Assembly (NCBI RefSeq): GCF_036365525.1
Contig: NC_090399.1
Coordinates: 61,412,430-61,476,429, forward strand
Source of the DNA: Heterodontus francisci
Lineage: Eukaryota
Direction: 5' to 3'
DNA: 64,000 nucleotides
Made by a program: the position numbers and the translations under genes. The notes under the pieces are model-generated. The model had not been told where the DNA came from. It made no database searches and worked only from the letters and a program-made list of their open reading frames with translations. Each line of letters opens with the position of its first letter. Position 1 is the stretch's first letter. This document shows, piece after piece, positions 60,092-64,000 of the stretch.

Positions 60092-60628
60092 TGGTTTTGA
60101 TCTCCTTACCTAAGGAAGGATATACTTGTCAGAGAGGGAGTGCAATGAAGGTTCACCAGACTGATCCCTGGGATGACAGGATTGTCCTATGAGGAGAGAT
60201 TGAAGAGACTGGGCCTGTATTCTCTAGACTTTAGAAGAATGAAAGGTGATCTCAATAGAAGCAAACACAATTCTTACAGGGCTCGACAGGGTAGATGCAG
60301 GAAGGATGTTTCCCCTGGCTGGGGAGTCGGGAATCAGTGGACACAGTCTTTGAATACAAGGAAGGCCATTTAGGACAGAGGTGAGGAGGAATTACTCAGA
60401 GGGTGATGAATCTTTGGAATTCTCTACCCCAGAGGGCTGAGGGGACTCAGTTATTGAGTATGTTCAAGACAGGATTTGATAGATTTCCAGATATTAAAGA
60501 TATCAAGAGATATGGGGAGAGTGTGTGGAAATGCATGAGGTAGAAAATCAGTCATGATCCAGTGAATGGCCGAGCAGGTTCAAGGGGCCGAATGGGATAT
60601 GCCTGCTCCTATTTCCGATGTTCCTGTA
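60092..60628 (+). mobile_element. CR1 3' end
   Basis: GLSYEERLKRLGLYSLDFRRMKGDL; tail ggggccgaatgg...cctgctcctatttccgatgttcct. Confidence 0.85.
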
Positions 60629-60724
60629 ACACCGACACACACACACACACGTCATCTCTACAACATTCAGACTGACCGACACAGACACACTCACTGACTC
60701 ACAGCCAGAGCAGGAAGATGCTCC

Positions 60725-61340
60725 ATTTAGGTTCTGCCAGGAGAACTCAGCTCCAGATCTCATTACAGCCTTTGTCTAAACATGGATCAAAGAGCTGAAT
60801 TCCAGAGCTGAGGTCAGGGTGACTGCCCTTGACATCAAGGCAGCTTTTGGCTTAAAGTGGCATCAAGGAGGCCTAGTAAAATTGAGGTCAAATGAGGTCA
60901 GTGGCTGGAGTCACACCTAGCACCTACTGTGAATACAAGAGCAGGTCAGAGTCTGGGAATTCTGCAGCGAGTAACTCACCTCCAGACTCCCCAGAATGTT
61001 CCCATCATCTCCAAGACACAAGTCAGGAATATGATCGAATATTTTCCATTTTCCTGGATGAGTGAAGCTTTATCAACACTCAAGAAGCTCAACACCATCC
61101 AGTACAAAGCAGCCCAGTTGATCGGTACCCCATCTACCACCTTTCTCCAATATTCACTCCTTCCACCACCAGTGCACAGTGGCAGCAGTGTGTATCATCA
61201 ACAAGATGTACTGCAGAAACTCACCAAGACTCCTTCGACAGCACCTTCCAAACCTGCAACCTCTACCACCTACAAGAACAAGGGCAGCAGGAACATGGGA
61301 ACACCACCACCTGCAAGTTCCCCTCCAAGGTCACACACCA
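60725..61340 (+). mobile_element. RT/C-terminal fragments of the tRNA-headed LINE family
   Basis: SAPDLIT...ALDIKAAF..VWH; RAGQSLGILQRVTHL...QVRNMIEY...LNTIQYKAAQLIG. Confidence 0.75.
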
Positions 61341-61342
61341 TT

Positions 61343-61700
61343 GGGCGGCACAGTGGCTCAGTGGTTAGCACCGCAGCCTCACAGCTCCAGCGACCCGGGT
61401 TCAATTCTGGGCACTGCCTGTGTGGAGTTTGCAAGTTCTCCCTGTGTCTGCGTGGGTTTCCTCCAGGTGCTCCGGTTTCCTCCCACGTGCCAAAGACTTG
61501 CAGGTTGATAGGTAAATTGGCCATTATAAATTGCCCCTAGTATAGGTAGGTGTGAGGGAAATATAGGGGACAGGTGGGGATGTGGTAGGAATATGGAATT
61601 AGTGTAGGATTAGTATAAATGGGTGGTTGATGGTCGGCACAGACTCGGTGGGCCGAAGGGCCTGTTTCAGTGCTGTATCTCTAAACTCTAAACTCTAAAC
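61343..61700 (+). mobile_element. HE1-type V-SINE, full length
   Basis: GGGCGGCACAGTGGCTCAGTGGTTAGCA head, GGTTCAATTC box B, V-domain, tail gggccgaagggcctgtttcagtgctgtatct(ctaaact)n. Confidence 0.92.
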
Positions 61701-63690
61701 CTCTATTAAATCTCCTCTTAATCTGCTCTTCTGTAAAGAGAACAGCCCCAGCTTCTCCAACCTATCCATGTAACTGAAGTTCCTCATCTCCAAAACCATT
61801 CTCGGGAATCTTTACTGCACCCTCTCAAATGCCTTCACCTCCTTCCTAAAGTGTGGTGTCCAGAACTGGACACAATATTGCAGTTGAGGCCGAACAGTGT
61901 TTTATACAGGTTTAGTATAAATTTCTTGCTTTTGTACGCAATGCCCCTATTTCTGAAGCCCAGAATCCCATGTGTTTTATTAACCAGTTTCTGGAATATA
62001 ATGTGGAAAAATGTGAAGGTATCCACTTTGGTAGGAAAAACAGAAATGCAGAGTATTTCTGAAATAGTGAGAGATTGAGAAGTGTTGATGTACAAAGGGA
62101 CCTGGTTGTCCTCATCAATAAGTCACTGAACACTAACACGCAGGTGCATCAAGGAATTAGGAAGGCAAATGGTCTGTTAGCATTTATTACGAGAGGATTT
62201 GAGTACAGGAATAAAGAAATCTTGCTGCAATTATATATAACCTTGGTGAGACCACACCTGGCGATTGTGTACAGTTTTAGTCTCCTTACCTAAGGAAGGA
62301 TATACTTGCCAGAGAGGGATTGCAACGAAGGTTCACCAGACTGAACCTGGGATGGCAGGATTGTCTTATGAGGAGAGATTGTGGAGGCTGGGCCTGTATT
62401 CTCGAGAGTTTAGTAAAATGAGAGGTGATCTCATTGAAGCATAGAAAAGTCTTACAAGGCTCGACATGGTGGATGCAGGATGGATGTTTCCGCTGGCTGG
62501 GAGGTCTACAACCACAGAACACAGACTCAGAATAAGAGGGAGGCCATTTAGGACTGAGATGAAAAGCGATTTCTTCACTCAGAGGGTGGTGAATCTTTGG
62601 AATTCTTTACACAGAGGGCAGCGGAGGCTCACTCATTGAGTATGTTCATGACAGAGATTGATAGATTGTTAGATATTAAAGATATCAATGGATATGGGGA
62701 TAGAGTGGGATAATAGCATTGAGGTAGAAGATCAGCCATGATCTGGTTGAATGGTGGAGCAGGCTCGAGGGGCCGGACGGCTTACTCCTGCTCCTATTTC
62801 CTATCTTGCTATTTTCCTATGTTCACCCTGCCCTGCCACCTTCAATGATTTGTGTATATATATTCACAGGTCCCTTTGCTCCTTCATCCCTTTTAGAATT
62901 GTATCCTTTATATTGTCTCTCCTCATTCATCCGACCAAAATGAAGCACTTCACACACTTCTCTGCATTAAATCTCATCATCCATTCCACCAGCCTGTCTA
63001 TGTTCTCTTGAAGTTTATCACTATCCTCCTCACAGTTCACAATACTGACAAGTGTTGTGTCATCCACATATTTTGAAATTATACCCTGTACACTCAGGTC
63101 TAGGCCATTAATATATACATCAAGAAAAACAGGGGTCCCAGGACCAACCCCTGGGGAACCCCACTATATACTGTCCTCCAGTCTGAAAAGCAACGGTTTA
63201 CAGCTATTCTCCGTTTCCGGTCATTCAGTGAATTTTGTATCCATGCTGCTCTGTTCCTTTTATTCCATGTTCTCTAACTTTGTTGACAAGCCTGTTAGCT
63301 TTATCAAATGGCACTTTATCAAATGCCTTTTGGAACATGCCACGTATACCACTTCAACCCCATTACCCTCATCAACCCTCTCTGTTACCTCATCAAAGAA
63401 CTCAAGCAGGTTAGTTAAACACAATTAGCCCTTAACAAATCCGTGCTGCCTTTCCTGAATTAATCCACATTTGTCCAAGAGACAGTTAACTTTGTCCCAA
63501 ATTATCATGTTGAAAAGCTGTCCCACCATTGAGGTTAAACTGACTGACCTATAGTTGCTCGGCTGATCCTTACACCCCTTTTTTAATAAGGGTGTAACAG
63601 TTGAAATTCTCCGTCCTCCAGCAGCTCCCCTGTATCTAAGGAGGATTGGAAGATTATGGCCAGTGCCTCCGCAATTTCCACTCCACTGTG
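61700..63690 (-). mobile_element. Decayed CR1 (61700-61990 and 62820-63690), split by a plus-strand CR1
   Basis: Revcomp CVQFWTPHF near 61850; KKGCKDQPSNYRSVSLTS...QHGFVKG in ORF 63425..63796. Confidence 0.75.
61995..62820 (+). mobile_element. CR1 3' fragment with tail
   Basis: QRDLVV...KANGLLAFITRGFEYR...LVRPHL; tail cctgctcctatttcctat. Confidence 0.85.
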
Positions 63691-64000
63691 TTGTGGAGAA
63701 GATGCAAAGTGGCTTCAAGGGGATTTGGACAGACTTAGTGAGTGGACAAGAACGTGGTAGATGGAATGTCATGTGGAAAAATGTGAGGTTATCCATGTTG
63801 GTAAGAGGAATAGATATGCAGAGTATTTCTTAAATGGTAAGAGGTTAGAAAGTGTCGATGGACAAAGGGACTTGGGTGTCCTCGTCAATAAGTCACTGAA
63901 AGCTAACATGTAGGTGCAACAAGCAATTAGGAAGGCTCATGGTATGTCAGCCTTTATCGCAACAGGATTTGAGTATAGGACTAGTGAAGTCTTGCTTCAA
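63690..64000 (+). mobile_element. CR1 RT C-terminal fragment, runs off the right edge
   Basis: LQGDLDRLSEW...VEKCEVIH.G..N, QRDLGVLV. Confidence 0.8.

Overview
Vertebrate genomic DNA, almost certainly elasmobranch (shark), judged from HE1-type V-SINEs, HER1/CR1 LINEs, a SacSINE1-like DeuSINE head and shark-type Penelope ends. About 20 kb is tandem repeat (32, 55/56, 33 and 37 bp units). Most of the rest is nested, decayed retroelements (CR1, L2, RTE, Tx1, Penelope, a tRNA-headed LINE and its SINE-like derivatives), with one Harbinger-type MITE and a 151-N assembly gap. The only host-gene signal is a minus-strand 49-nt phase-1 signal-peptide exon (MIGVIELVLLCGGVSA|G, 4339-4291). It resembles shark MHC class I leaders and has Y-box, X-box-like and IRF motifs upstream; the rest of that gene would lie left of the window. 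The most unusual element is a pol-less LTR provirus (about 24.7-31.2 kb: LTR, PBS, coiled-coil gag, env, LTR) whose env looks like a cysteine-rich F-type fusion protein, not a gamma-type Env. All very long ORFs in the track are artefacts of tandem repeats. Family names come from recall of motifs, not from database searches.
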